A DNA stretch of 64,000 nt. Origin: Candidatus Gottesmanbacteria bacterium. Its GTDB lineage: Bacteria > Patescibacteriota > Microgenomatia > UBA10105 > UBA927. Where the stretch lies: positions 156,152-220,151 of the forward strand of contig JAHFKK010000001.1 of NCBI GenBank assembly GCA_023245335.1, written 5' to 3'. The notes beneath the pieces were generated by a model. It was not told the origin of the DNA. It made no database searches and saw nothing but the letters and a program-made list of their open reading frames with translations. Position 1 is the stretch's first letter. Each line of letters starts with the position of its first letter. The translations under genes were made by a program, and so were the position numbers. Shown piece after piece: positions 1-10,585 of the stretch.

Positions 1-267
1 AATACCAACCACTCCCCTTTCGCGTGTCGTGCACCCAGATTGCGCTGCAGCGGGATGCTCGGTTTGTCCGCGACTACAACCTCAAGCGACGGAAGTCTGG
101 ATTTATACGTTCCGGCTATAGTCACGGTCTTATCTTTTGATTTTCCGTCGACGACAATCACTTCAAAATTTTTGCTGGACTGCACCGCGAGTGAATCCAG
201 TAGATGAGGTAAAAATTTTTCCTCGTTGAGAGCCGGGATAATGACAGAAAAATACGGCTTGATCATA
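1..267 (-). CDS. Glycosyltransferase family 2 (N-terminal part, truncated at window edge)
   Basis: Own translation of the minus strand from ATG at 267: MIKPYFSVIIPALNEEKFLPHLLDSLAVQSSKNFEVIVVDGKSKDKTVTIAGT.... This is the typical GT2 N-terminus (SVIIP.N, DG.S.D). It is not in the ORF track because it runs off the window. Confidence 0.55.
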
Positions 268-322
268 GAATAATCTCTAACGTATTATACTGGACATACT
301 CTATTCGGGGCAAATCCTCGCG

Positions 323-2056
323 CTAGGATCGATGTGCACTGGATTGATTCGCATTCATGCGTACAACTTCAGAAACTGTCGTCACCTCATGAGGGCCTTT
401 ATCTGTTCGTATACGGACAAGTCTTGGAAATCGGACCGCAAACCCGGCACCGTGATTTGGTGATTTCGTCAAATCATCGCCTGCCAGCTCGACAACAACT
501 TTAGGAATAACCCAAACGTCCGGAACAAGCGCTTTATTTACGTCAGCATACTCCGGAGGCATCTTTCGTATTTGAATAAGGTGTAATTGCCGTCTTATAT
601 CCTTCCAAAGTTTGTCGCTCACACCGGTCCCTATCTTCGTGATTGTTACAAACTGATCACCGCGACGAACGCCGGCCAAAAGTGCTCCGATACCAAATCC
701 AGTGCGTTTCCCCTCTCCCACGTAATATCCCATAACCACAGCATCAATCGTGTCTGTGAGCTTTCCCGTCTTCCCCTCCTCCTCCTTAAACTTTACCCAG
801 CTATATCCTCGCCGACCAGGTTCATACGGGCTATTCCATTTTTTTACTACCACTCCTTCAAGGCCCTTTTTGAGTTGCGCATCATGGTACTCCCGAAGTA
901 TAGCGGGGTCTTCTGTAATAATTTGCGGCGAAAGCACGAGGAGTTTTTTTGTGACAAGCGTCCGTTCGAGTATTTTCCTGCGATCGGATAACGGCACGCT
1001 CAGGAAATCTTTGCCGTCTTTATAGAGGATATCGAATACAAAGAATTTAAGGGGGACATTTTTTTGTGCTGAAGCTATATCATGCTTCCGTTTCCTTGTG
1101 GTCGTCTCCTGAAACGAAACGAGTTTTCCCGTCGCCGCATCCACTCCGACCGCTTCACAATCGAGAATGGTATCTTGCGTATCGAGCTCGTGCCCGACGT
1201 CCTGGAGCTCCGAAAACATGTCCGTCGTGTTTTCGAGGTTTCGTGAAAACGTTTTTATCTCTGCTTTCTGTGTGCGACTCCTCTCCCTTTTAAAATGAAT
1301 CTGTACCCGCACGCCGTCATATTTTGGCTCGACAGCCACCTCGCCCATCTTTTTAATCATCTCAATAGCATTCGGAAGCCGTTGACACAACTGGGCGAGT
1401 ACCGGAGAGCCGACGTGTGCGCGTATGTGTGAAAGTCCTTTGATTCCGTCCTTTTTTACCGTCTCTGCGATGAATCCGATATCCGGTCGGACATTATATG
1501 CATCCTCAAGCGTCCCCCGCAGTGATTTGTCGCCCGTAAGCATCCAGGAAATCGCGTCCAGAATAGTCATTTCAGAAAATCCCAGGCGTAATTTGTCTAC
1601 GGGTATCCGCAAAACGAATCGTACGGATCGGGCATCGAGGTCATTCAGGATCTCTGAAAGGAGCGCGATCTTTCTCTCTTGAGACCCCTGACCGTTCGCG
1701 GTCGCGACTGCGTAGAGCCGATCATACACGTCGGTCACGTCCAACTTCGCCGTTTTTCCCGTGTGCAGACTCTCTGCGGCTTTTCCCAAATCTCCGTACT
1801 TTTTGAACGCCTTCACTACTTCGTCAACTTCCAGGCTGTATGAAAGCGCGATCGCACGAATAATGAACTTATCTGCTACACCAAACTCTACCGCCTCATA
1901 AAGCGGCACAACCCTTCCCTGCAGGAGGTAGCAAATTTTCCCGATCTCACTGACGTGAGACGTACGAAAAAGGTCAGCGAGAATTTCCGTTATGGAATTC
2001 CTTGAGGTCGTCGCTTCTATTTTTTCAAAATACAAGGAAAGATCGGAAAAGAGCAT
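323..2056 (-). CDS. ATP-dependent DNA ligase (archaeal/eukaryal LigI-like)
   Basis: 577 aa with the adenylation motif I EPKYDGVRVQIH (KxDG), an OB-fold region and a long N-terminal DNA-binding domain. Confidence 0.85.
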   Translation of the reverse strand: MLFSDLSLYFEKIEATTSRNSITEILADLFRTSHVSEIGKICYLLQGRVVPLYEAVEFGVADKFIIRAIALSYSLEVDEVVKAFKKYGDLGKAAESLHTGKTAKLDVTDVYDRLYAVATANGQGSQERKIALLSEILNDLDARSVRFVLRIPVDKLRLGFSEMTILDAISWMLTGDKSLRGTLEDAYNVRPDIGFIAETVKKDGIKGLSHIRAHVGSPVLAQLCQRLPNAIEMIKKMGEVAVEPKYDGVRVQIHFKRERSRTQKAEIKTFSRNLENTTDMFSELQDVGHELDTQDTILDCEAVGVDAATGKLVSFQETTTRKRKHDIASAQKNVPLKFFVFDILYKDGKDFLSVPLSDRRKILERTLVTKKLLVLSPQIITEDPAILREYHDAQLKKGLEGVVVKKWNSPYEPGRRGYSWVKFKEEEGKTGKLTDTIDAVVMGYYVGEGKRTGFGIGALLAGVRRGDQFVTITKIGTGVSDKLWKDIRRQLHLIQIRKMPPEYADVNKALVPDVWVIPKVVVELAGDDLTKSPNHGAGFAVRFPRLVRIRTDKGPHEVTTVSEVVRMNANQSSAHRS

Positions 2057-2138
2057 ACGTTACTCTTGATAGTACTCTTTTTTCGGAAATTGCGTAAAGC
2101 ACTACATTTCGGACTACCGGCCGCGGGGCTTGCGGATT

Positions 2139-2324
2139 TTAGCGGATGAACATGAAGTACACGACGGCGATGAGTATCAGAAGAAAAATTCCCAATCCCA
2201 GCGCGACCGGACCATCTTTTTCTTCTTTAGCTATTTTACTTAGCCCCTGAATCACAACCGTGAGCGCAAAAAACGTCGGTATGATAAGAAGCGAATACGA
2301 GATGGCAGGGTTTTGTAGGTCCAT
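2139..2324 (-). CDS. Small hypothetical membrane protein (2 TM)
   Basis: 61 aa, two hydrophobic helices, no homology recognised. Confidence 0.3.
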   Translation of the reverse strand: MDLQNPAISYSLLIIPTFFALTVVIQGLSKIAKEEKDGPVALGLGIFLLILIAVVYFMFIR

Positions 2325-2335
2325 AGAAATCTATA

Positions 2336-3406
2336 CTACGTCCGGAGGACGTACTTCGCTCCTTTAGTCGAGCCCTCTTTTTTGACTATACCCTTTTTTA
2401 ATAAGTCCTTCAATTCCCGAAGTACCGTATCTTCGCTCACCATGGGAAACAATTCGAAAAATGCCTTATTCTGTAAAAATCCTTGCTCCTGAACGAACTC
2501 GACAATCTTGATCTGACGCTCCGTCAACGCCAACTGCTGTCCGCCGAGTGATTTTTTTATCTTGAGGTCCGTAGAAAGCGACTTCACCTTCTCCTTGATA
2601 CGCGTCAGCTCAATAGCAAGTCCTTCCGTAAAATATACCAACCAGTTCGTGAGGTTTCCTTGATTAATCCCGACGCTCTGAAGTGCTTCGTAATAATGGA
2701 GAGGTTCACGGTCGTAGTATTCCTCCAACGAAAAAAAACGTTTGATGTCATACCCCTCGCTGAAAAGAATAAGGGTCGCGACAGCCCGAGCAACTCTGCC
2801 GTTGCCGTCAAGAAACGGATGAATGCGTACGAGCTCATAATGGACAATCCCCGCTTTGATCGTGGGATGAATATCGTCGTTCCCGACACTATTGACCCAG
2901 TCAATAAAGTCAGCAAGCAAAAAAGGAACTTCAACTGCCGGGGGCGGCCGGAAGGTGATCTCGCCCGTTTCTGCATTCTTTACCACAACTTGGGTTTTAC
3001 GATATTCCCCTACCTGATCGTCGGTCAAAACCCGATGTGCGATAAGTGCATGTAGGTGCTTAATCACCTCTTCCGAAATAGTTTTCCCTTGAAATTCTTC
3101 TATGAACTTCAGGACGTTCCGATAATTCAGCACTTCTTGTATATCCCGTTCCCGCCCGACAATCTTGTATCCTGCAAGTACCTGTTCTGCTTCTGTCTTT
3201 GACAAGTCATTGCCTTCAATGTGCGTGCCGTGGTGAACTGTACGCACAAGCGCATCTTCACGGAATTTTGCTTCCCACGCAGGCACCAATGGGCTGTTTT
3301 CGATGACTTCCTTCGATGCCTCTATAATGCCGATATTCTTTAAAACCTTATTTGTGATGGTAAATTGAGGCTGATACATAGGAATGGCGGGATATAATTC
3401 CCGCAC
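2336..3406 (-). CDS. Fic family protein (AMPylase/Doc-like), C-terminal wHTH
   Basis: Canonical Fic motif HPFLDGNGRVAR. Size and layout fit Fic/DOC family proteins. Confidence 0.85.
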   Translation of the reverse strand: MRELYPAIPMYQPQFTITNKVLKNIGIIEASKEVIENSPLVPAWEAKFREDALVRTVHHGTHIEGNDLSKTEAEQVLAGYKIVGRERDIQEVLNYRNVLKFIEEFQGKTISEEVIKHLHALIAHRVLTDDQVGEYRKTQVVVKNAETGEITFRPPPAVEVPFLLADFIDWVNSVGNDDIHPTIKAGIVHYELVRIHPFLDGNGRVARAVATLILFSEGYDIKRFFSLEEYYDREPLHYYEALQSVGINQGNLTNWLVYFTEGLAIELTRIKEKVKSLSTDLKIKKSLGGQQLALTERQIKIVEFVQEQGFLQNKAFFELFPMVSEDTVLRELKDLLKKGIVKKEGSTKGAKYVLRT

Positions 3407-3498
3407 TATTCCTGTATATTACCCGCAAAGACACCAAAATACAATCAGAAGAATGCCTTAGCTCACGCGAGAAACGAGGTAACTATAAATGAATGATC

Positions 3499-4362
3499 CT
3501 ATGAAAGTAAGGCTTTCATCGTTTTAGGTATCTGACCTGCTAAATCACTGGCGTTAAAAAACGGCCCGACCGTTTTGTAGAGTTCCGCTCCGGCCGCTTT
3601 GTTGATGTAACTGCCGGCAATCGTCGCCAGAATAGGATCGTTTTTGCAGGCGAGTGCGGCAATAAGACCCGCCAACACATCCCCCGTCCCCCCTTTGGTC
3701 ATACCCTCATTACCGCCCTCAATCACACTGCACTCTCCAGGCCTGCATATATGCTCATCACACGTTCCTCCGGAACACGCGACGTCCACGTGGCCCTTGA
3801 GAAGAACGATACAGTGATATGATTTAGCGAAGAATTTGACTTTGTCTTCATCCGTCTCGGCTTGACCAAGCGCAGGAAATGAGTGGGTAGCGCGCATAAC
3901 CAAATCCGCAAACTCTCCGTGATGAGGCGTTAAAATAGCGTTCTCCGGAATCCCAGCCAGATCCATCATTTGGATGGCTCCGGCGTCTATCACCCACTGT
4001 TTTTTGGGGTATGCTTTCAATAACCTATCCGTCAATATTTTTGTTTCATCATCTCGCACCATGCCTGGACCGATAAGAATACAATCATCCTCCTCTATGT
4101 ATGAGGAGACATCATCTCTCGGTACGACAATACCGTCACGAAACCGTTTTTTAGCTTCCATAACGATTTCATTATTCTCCGGCACTGATGAATAATGCAC
4201 CAGATCAACAATCCGCGAGGCAACCTCAAGCGCCCAAATGCTTGCCGCGTGAAACAGGTGGCTTCCGCCGATAATAAGGAGTCGCCCGTTTTGACCCTTA
4301 TGAGAGCCTATTTGCGGGAGATGAAGTTGTCTTACGTCGGAAAGAGACGCTGTTGATTTCAT
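3499..4362 (-). CDS. nnrD: ADP-dependent NAD(P)H-hydrate dehydratase (YjeF C-terminal domain, Nnr)
   Basis: HKGQNGRLLIIGGS, TPHHGEF and GGTGDVLAGLIAAL motifs of the carbohydrate-kinase-like Nnr dehydratase. Confidence 0.8.
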   Translation of the reverse strand: MKSTASLSDVRQLHLPQIGSHKGQNGRLLIIGGSHLFHAASIWALEVASRIVDLVHYSSVPENNEIVMEAKKRFRDGIVVPRDDVSSYIEEDDCILIGPGMVRDDETKILTDRLLKAYPKKQWVIDAGAIQMMDLAGIPENAILTPHHGEFADLVMRATHSFPALGQAETDEDKVKFFAKSYHCIVLLKGHVDVACSGGTCDEHICRPGECSVIEGGNEGMTKGGTGDVLAGLIAALACKNDPILATIAGSYINKAAGAELYKTVGPFFNASDLAGQIPKTMKALLS

Positions 4363-4369
4363 ATGCTTA

Positions 4370-5443
4370 TTATAGTCGAACTACGTTGGCGTTCTCACGC
4401 ACTTCCTGTGGGACCGACTCAAAATCAGCACTGGTTATGATAGTTTGTTGTTGACTGACCACGTGACCAATGAGTGCCCGGTGCTTTTCATCGAGCTCGG
4501 AAAAAACATCATCGAGAAGCAAAAGCGGCCGACTTCCGGTTTCTCTTTCTATATACGAAAGTTCAGCGAGCTTCAGCCACAACACGACCAGACGCTGCTC
4601 CCCGCGGCTGCCAAATGCGGCGAGATCCCGATAGCTATCCTCTCCCCCCTCCAAACCGTGCTCTTTGCTAAATAAACTGATGTCGTCCCGATGCGGACCG
4701 ACAAGGGTTGATTTTGCTGCTACTTCTTCCTCCTTATATTGCTCCAGTCTGGATTCAGAAATAACACTCCGGTCATACTCTATATGAAACGCGTGTTTGA
4801 CAAGGTGTGTGGTATTGATAAATGCAAGGTATGCCGCGCGTTTTTCGGTCAAATACCCGCCCGCCCGGATCAGGAGTTGGTCCCAAAAAATGAGTTGTGT
4901 GCGGGACGCACTCCCCTCGTTGATAAGATCCAGAAGTCTATTCCGCTGCCTCAATCCGCGTTCGTAGGATATGAGATTCCGACGGTATTCCCGATCGACT
5001 TGCATAAGCACGGTATCCAAATACTTCCGGCGCACGCTGGGGCTATCGGTCACAATTTCCAAATCCTCTGGCCAAAAAAGGACCGCCCGAACATTTCCGA
5101 CAAAATCGACCATTCGACGGGAAACTCCGTTCACCGTATACTTTTTGAGCGGTGCCTTTTGACCCTGAACTTCACCGCGAGTTATCAATAATTCGAGATG
5201 TACGTGCTCTTCTTCATTTAATCGGTCACCCAGGATACGTGCCATGTCCGCATTCCATCGGATGATTTCCCGATCAAGTCCTGCGCGGAAACTTTTTCCC
5301 GTCGCAAGCATCATAATGGCTTCCAATATATTAGTTTTTCCGATCGCGTTCGGTCCGACGATACAGGTCGTGCCGGGAGAAAATGATAATATTTTTTTGG
5401 AATAACTACGAAAATTTGTCAACGTGAGGGAGGTCAGAATCAT
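4370..5443 (-). CDS. recF: DNA replication and repair protein RecF
   Basis: Begins ILTSLTLTNFRSY, has Walker A GPNAIGKTN, an SMC-like signature region and C-terminal LLLDDVFSELD. Confidence 0.85.
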   Translation of the reverse strand: MILTSLTLTNFRSYSKKILSFSPGTTCIVGPNAIGKTNILEAIMMLATGKSFRAGLDREIIRWNADMARILGDRLNEEEHVHLELLITRGEVQGQKAPLKKYTVNGVSRRMVDFVGNVRAVLFWPEDLEIVTDSPSVRRKYLDTVLMQVDREYRRNLISYERGLRQRNRLLDLINEGSASRTQLIFWDQLLIRAGGYLTEKRAAYLAFINTTHLVKHAFHIEYDRSVISESRLEQYKEEEVAAKSTLVGPHRDDISLFSKEHGLEGGEDSYRDLAAFGSRGEQRLVVLWLKLAELSYIERETGSRPLLLLDDVFSELDEKHRALIGHVVSQQQTIITSADFESVPQEVRENANVVRL

Positions 5444-5459
5444 GCGGCTATTGTAGCAT

Positions 5460-6161
5460 TTATTGGATCATTGTCCCGACAAAGGGCTTCCCATCAAGCG
5501 CTTTCTCTAAATTTTGAAGATTCTTCCCATTGAGAAGCTTGACGGTGACGCCGATCTCTTGAGCGAGCTTACTCGCGATCGGATCAAATGGCGCATTCAT
5601 GCCCGGCTTCCACGTATCGCCAATCATCGTGCGGTATTCCGCCCAGGTCATATCGCTTAATGGTTTCGCATCGGGAAATTTATTCGGGTCCTTGTTATAG
5701 ACCTGATCAACATTCGTCAGATTCACAACTTGCGCGAGTCCATAATCCTGACAGAGCGTCACTGCACAATAATCTGTACTCCATCCTGGTTTCCACCCTG
5801 CGGCGATGGCAACCGGAGATTGAATCTTCAGAATAATTTCGTAATGCTTGATCACCCGGGGATCCGCAAGATCCTGAAATATCGCCCGTATGAGCTGCGC
5901 ATTCAATCTCGTTGCATGGACACCGAGCCAATCCGCATCAATATCGCTCAAATCGTGTTGACGCACGGATCGGGCTGCAGCTTGATAGTGCCGAGTAATG
6001 GCTCCTCCACCGACCGTAATAAAAAATCTCCTCTTTTTGGAGGAGACTTGGTCACGGATGAAATCATGAAATTGGGTGAGAAACGTAACGTCGATACCGC
6101 CGTTGGGGACAATAAGCGACCCGCCTAAAGAAAGAACGAATACATTTGGATCTTGTACCAT
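5460..6161 (-). CDS. pyrH: Uridylate (UMP) kinase, archaeal-type
   Basis: Amino-acid-kinase fold with LGGSLIVP, TVGGGAITR, TNVDQVYNKDP and C-terminal GT motifs. It aligns along its length with the archaeal PyrH pattern. Confidence 0.7.
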   Translation of the reverse strand: MVQDPNVFVLSLGGSLIVPNGGIDVTFLTQFHDFIRDQVSSKKRRFFITVGGGAITRHYQAAARSVRQHDLSDIDADWLGVHATRLNAQLIRAIFQDLADPRVIKHYEIILKIQSPVAIAAGWKPGWSTDYCAVTLCQDYGLAQVVNLTNVDQVYNKDPNKFPDAKPLSDMTWAEYRTMIGDTWKPGMNAPFDPIASKLAQEIGVTVKLLNGKNLQNLEKALDGKPFVGTMIQ

Positions 6162-6238
6162 CGTAGAGACTCCTTATGCACTACTTTACCCACTCGGATG
6201 CTATTTATCCTAACACAACGGACTGCGTTAGCAAAGTA

Positions 6239-7360
6239 TTATTTTCTTTTTCCGTGAATCTTGAGAAACGCGTGTAGCTCGTTCTGAAAACGTTTTTTAG
6301 AAAATTTTTCCGCTTGGTTCCGGCAATCCTCCGCCAAAAAAGATATTTTTTCAGATCTCCGGATCGCTTGTACGACGCTTTCTACCGTTGGAACGTCGAC
6401 AAAGATACCGGTTTTGCCTTCAACGATAGATTCAAGATATCCGCCGCCGCGAAATGCAATGACCGGCGTTCCGGCAGCCATCGCCTCTACGGGTGTCATG
6501 CCAAAATCTTCATCCGTCGCAAGCGCCAGAAATGCCCGGGCGCCGGCATACAGACGAACCAACTCCTCATCAGAAACGAATCCAAGAAACTCAATTCCCT
6601 TGCCCCCTCCTGATCGGGCGAGTAGATCCTGATACTCCGTGGCATATCCGGCTGGGGCACCGGCAATCTTGAGCCTGACCCCCAGCTTTTTGGCGGCTTC
6701 AACAGCAAGGGCAAGTCCTTTGCCCCCGACAATTCTTGAAATAATCAGATAATAATCTTCCTTTTTTACTTTCGGGGTAGGCAACAGCTCGACCGGCGGA
6801 TAGATCACTTCAGATTCACGACGATAAAATTTTTCTATCCGTCGCGCGGTATTTTGAGAATTGGCTATAAAATAATTGACGCGTTGTGCGGCAGAATAGT
6901 CGTAGTGTCGCATAAAGAATCCAACAAGCGAGGCATACACGCGTACCCATGCATACCGTTGCCACTCGACACTCGTCGGATACCCGTACAGCCATCGCGG
7001 CGGCGTATGGCAATAGCATATCTCAATAGGTTTCTGTTCTGATCCTCCTCGCGTCCCAAACCCTTTGGTTACATACCAACTCGCCGAACTTATAACGACG
7101 TCATAGTCCGAAAAATCAAAACTATTCCAAATCGCGGGAGCTAAAAATCGTAATGGACTGTGGAGCTTGGTAGCAAATCCAGGAATGTGGTGGGCCCATG
7201 ATACACGCACGTCTTTATTTTTAAACCGCTCCCACGCATCCCCCGGGCGCCAAAATGCGGTGTATATGGGGGCATCCGGCCACATGTCCGAAAGCGCGGC
7301 AAGCACCCGCTCTGCTCCGCCAAACTCACCAAGATAATCATGAACTAACGCAATTTTCAT
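6239..7360 (-). CDS. Glycosyltransferase family 4 (GT-B, group 1)
   Basis: N-terminal MKIALVHDYL..GGAERV and a C-terminal EDFGMTPVEAMAAGTPVIA retaining-GT4 signature. Confidence 0.8.
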   Translation of the reverse strand: MKIALVHDYLGEFGGAERVLAALSDMWPDAPIYTAFWRPGDAWERFKNKDVRVSWAHHIPGFATKLHSPLRFLAPAIWNSFDFSDYDVVISSASWYVTKGFGTRGGSEQKPIEICYCHTPPRWLYGYPTSVEWQRYAWVRVYASLVGFFMRHYDYSAAQRVNYFIANSQNTARRIEKFYRRESEVIYPPVELLPTPKVKKEDYYLIISRIVGGKGLALAVEAAKKLGVRLKIAGAPAGYATEYQDLLARSGGGKGIEFLGFVSDEELVRLYAGARAFLALATDEDFGMTPVEAMAAGTPVIAFRGGGYLESIVEGKTGIFVDVPTVESVVQAIRRSEKISFLAEDCRNQAEKFSKKRFQNELHAFLKIHGKRK

Positions 7361-7399
7361 ATATTCTTCTCATTTCTTATTTTATATGCCGTCACAGGT

Positions 7400-8359
7400 C
7401 TAAAACAGTGCTTGCTGATGACTGTCACTCTCCTCTTTCTTCTTTTTTTCCGCGAGTTGTTTTTTCTTTTGCGCCGGAGGCATCTCACCGCTGAGTCGCC
7501 TGATAAGCGAGGGAAAATGAAGCGCTTCAAGCGCTTCATGCGCTGCGGCAGTATCAAACGTGGTTATGTGAGCAGAGGACTCATTAAATTTTATTGGAGC
7601 GTCTGTACGAATCGTCGCTAACTCATGAGACAGCGTCGCACTTTTCTTTCCCGCCGTTAATTTTATCCGTATCGTATCCGTTATTGTATGTTTCTTTCCT
7701 TGTATCCCCTTATATACCGCCTCTACTGATCCGAATTGGTTGAGAAGGGTGACAGCAGTTTTGGGTCCGATACCCGGCACGCCTGGATAATTATCAGACG
7801 GATCTCCGGCGAGCGCTTTGAAATCCGGAATGAGCGACGGCGCGACTCCCATCCTTTCAACGACGTCTTTTTCTCCATAGACTTTTCCTTCAGACAATCC
7901 CTTCGTCGGCATATAGACCATGACTTTTTCATCCTTCACCAATTGCAGGATATCGCGATCACCCGTCACGATAATCACTTGGTCAATGCCCGTGTGTTGA
8001 ACTGCTTTGGCGATCGTACCTATGACATCATCTGCCTCAAATCCGTCGGCTTCGTATGCCGGGATCCCAAATGCGCGTGCAGTATCGTGGACCATCGGAA
8101 TCTGACTCACAAAATCGTCTTCCGCTTTGGGACGCTGTATTTGATAATCGGCAAATAGTTTATTCCGAAATGTCGGACCGGGACGATCAAACGCGACTGC
8201 CATATGAGAGGGTTTTAGAGCATGATGGAGGCGAAGAACCATAGACACAAACCCGTAGACCATATTGGCGGGTTTCCCGTCGGGGGTGGTAAGCGGCGGG
8301 AGCGCATGATATGCACGATGCATCATGGCATTACCGTCTATGAGTACCAAACGATTCAT
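7400..8359 (-). CDS. Stand-alone 5'-3' exonuclease (Pol I N-terminal/FEN-like domain)
   Basis: LVLIDGNAMMHRAYHA, EADDVIGT and GVPGIGPKTA (helix-hairpin-helix) motifs of the 53EXO family. No polymerase domain is attached. Confidence 0.8.
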   Translation of the reverse strand: MNRLVLIDGNAMMHRAYHALPPLTTPDGKPANMVYGFVSMVLRLHHALKPSHMAVAFDRPGPTFRNKLFADYQIQRPKAEDDFVSQIPMVHDTARAFGIPAYEADGFEADDVIGTIAKAVQHTGIDQVIIVTGDRDILQLVKDEKVMVYMPTKGLSEGKVYGEKDVVERMGVAPSLIPDFKALAGDPSDNYPGVPGIGPKTAVTLLNQFGSVEAVYKGIQGKKHTITDTIRIKLTAGKKSATLSHELATIRTDAPIKFNESSAHITTFDTAAAHEALEALHFPSLIRRLSGEMPPAQKKKQLAEKKKKEESDSHQQALF

Positions 8360-8365
8360 GGGAAG

Positions 8366-10252
8366 TTAACTCTCGCGTTCTTTTTTTCCGCCCAAAAGTA
8401 ATGCGAATTCATCGCCTTCCAGTGTTTCCTTTTTGACGAGTGCTTCGGCTACTTTATCGAGGTCAGTGCGGTGTTTTTTCACTATAGCAAGAGCGACCGC
8501 AAATCCGTCGTCAATGAGTTTTTTGATCTCCCGGTCAATAGCCGATTGCATATCGGGTGATATGGACTGCTGATCCTGATAATATTTCCCCCACTCCGTC
8601 ACATCAGATTGCGGACCGAAATTGATCGGTCCCAAATCACTCATTCCAAACTCCGTCACCATAAAACGGGCGATACGCGTCGCCTGACCAATATCGTTGG
8701 CGGCCCCGCTCGTCGTTTCCTTAAATATGACTTGCTCCGCGGCTCTCCCTCCCATCGTCATCGCGATCTCTTCGATAAGTTGGGATTTGGTTTCATGCAG
8801 ACGGTCTTTTTCAGGAGGCGCCATAGTGAATCCTAACGCCATCCCCCGGGAAACGATGCTAATCCGGTGTACGGGATCCAGATGCTTGCTGTAATAGTTG
8901 ACGACTGCATGCCCCGCTTCGTGATATGCGGTCATTTTGCGATCTAAATCAGTTTGCAGACGTTTTTTCTCTGGACCAAGTTTTACTTTCGTTGCCGCTT
9001 CCTCAAGGTCAATCATGTCAATTTCTTTTTTGTTGTCACGGGCCGCTAAAATGGCAGACTCGTTGAGCATATTCTCCAAATCCGCACCGGAAAATCCGAC
9101 CGTCCGTTTGGCAACTTTATCCCAATCAACGGGAGCAGCATATGGTTTACCGCGTGCATGAATTTTCAGGATCGCCTTACGTCCTTCCATGTCCGGCAAA
9201 TCAAGTGTGACTCGTCGGTCAAACCGGCCAGGGCGCGTGAGTGCAGGGTCCAGCAAATCACCACGGTTGGTCGCTGCAATGACCATGACGGCTGTGTTTG
9301 GCTCAAATCCGTCCATCTCTACCAATATCTGATTCAGTGTCTGTTCCCGCTCATCATGCCCGCCCATGATACCCACACTACGCATCCGACCGATGGCATC
9401 GATTTCATCGATGAATATAATTGCCGGAGCGCTTTTTTTGGCCTGTGCGAATAGATCCCGGACACGGGCCGCACCCACACCAACCAACATTTCCATAAAC
9501 TCGCTGCCGGCTATAGAATAAAACGGCACTTTCGCTTCTCCTGCGACCGCCTTGGCAAGAAGTGTCTTACCCGTTCCGGAAGGACCAATGAGGATAACTC
9601 CTTTGGGAGTGCGTGCACCTAGGGCGGTGAACTTCCCGGGGCTTTTCAGAAAATCCACGACTTCCTCAAGTTCTTTTTTCGCTTCATCGACCCCTGCGAC
9701 ATCTTTGAATGTACTTTTGGGGAGATCCTTGTTCCACACACGCGCTTTGCTTTGTCCGAAGGAGAATATATTATCCTGGGCTCCCCGCGCCTGACGGAAA
9801 AGAAAAAGGAAAAATACGACGGTCAGGACCAATGGGAGTACGTTTGAAATAAGTCCCGCGATTACCTGACTCATAGAGAGATCCTTTACGTTTATGGCAA
9901 CCGTCTTAGGATCGACACCTGACTTCTGCAGCACGTCCACAAGCGAATCTTGCGACTCCTTAATTGAAGTATATTTGGAGCCGTCTTTCTCGGTAACGGT
10001 AAGCTTGGTATCTTCAACATCTATCGATTTAATTTTTCCGGCTTTCACGTCAGTGACGACGGTAGAAAGCGGCTTACTCGTAAGGAGGGCCGCCTGATTA
10101 CTGATGCTGCCGATGAGTGAAAACACGATAAACAGCACAAATAGTCCGATGACGATATTTTTGAAATTCAGTTTCATCTGAAACTGGAAGATTTTCTTTG
10201 ATTTTTTACCGTTTCCGTTATGTTTGGGTTGCGCTGATGATTTTTCTGCCAT
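8366..10252 (-). CDS. ftsH: ATP-dependent zinc metalloprotease FtsH
   Basis: N-terminal TM, AAA module ([25 protein letters not shown]) and the zinc site HEAGHA. Confidence 0.9.
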   Translation of the reverse strand: MAEKSSAQPKHNGNGKKSKKIFQFQMKLNFKNIVIGLFVLFIVFSLIGSISNQAALLTSKPLSTVVTDVKAGKIKSIDVEDTKLTVTEKDGSKYTSIKESQDSLVDVLQKSGVDPKTVAINVKDLSMSQVIAGLISNVLPLVLTVVFFLFLFRQARGAQDNIFSFGQSKARVWNKDLPKSTFKDVAGVDEAKKELEEVVDFLKSPGKFTALGARTPKGVILIGPSGTGKTLLAKAVAGEAKVPFYSIAGSEFMEMLVGVGAARVRDLFAQAKKSAPAIIFIDEIDAIGRMRSVGIMGGHDEREQTLNQILVEMDGFEPNTAVMVIAATNRGDLLDPALTRPGRFDRRVTLDLPDMEGRKAILKIHARGKPYAAPVDWDKVAKRTVGFSGADLENMLNESAILAARDNKKEIDMIDLEEAATKVKLGPEKKRLQTDLDRKMTAYHEAGHAVVNYYSKHLDPVHRISIVSRGMALGFTMAPPEKDRLHETKSQLIEEIAMTMGGRAAEQVIFKETTSGAANDIGQATRIARFMVTEFGMSDLGPINFGPQSDVTEWGKYYQDQQSISPDMQSAIDREIKKLIDDGFAVALAIVKKHRTDLDKVAEALVKKETLEGDEFALLLGGKKERES

Positions 10253-10585
10253 AGGAGCGTGAATTGAGGACTAAGTATAGCACGAACACAGACCTGAATC
10301 ACCAAGTGTGTTTGACATTTTCATTCACATGAAAGAAAATACCAGCCAATATGCCGTTTATCGTTGCTATAGGTAATAAGGCAAAACCCTATCCCCCAGG
10401 AGAACACTTCAACGCCGGACGAGGGAGAGAACGGTACGTGTCGACAATACAGGGCACCGAAGAATGGCATAATAAACGTCTCGCCCGTTCTCATCCCCCA
10501 GGCACAATAATTCCCATCGACTTCGGACTATCTGTGGTAACCGTTGATGAGAAAGACCCAAGGTATACAGATCTCTTAAAAAGAG

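Noticed and set aside
587-1682. Several 75-134-aa plus-strand ORFs inside the DNA ligase gene
   Set aside because: Shadow ORFs antisense to a gene with a KxDG ligase motif.
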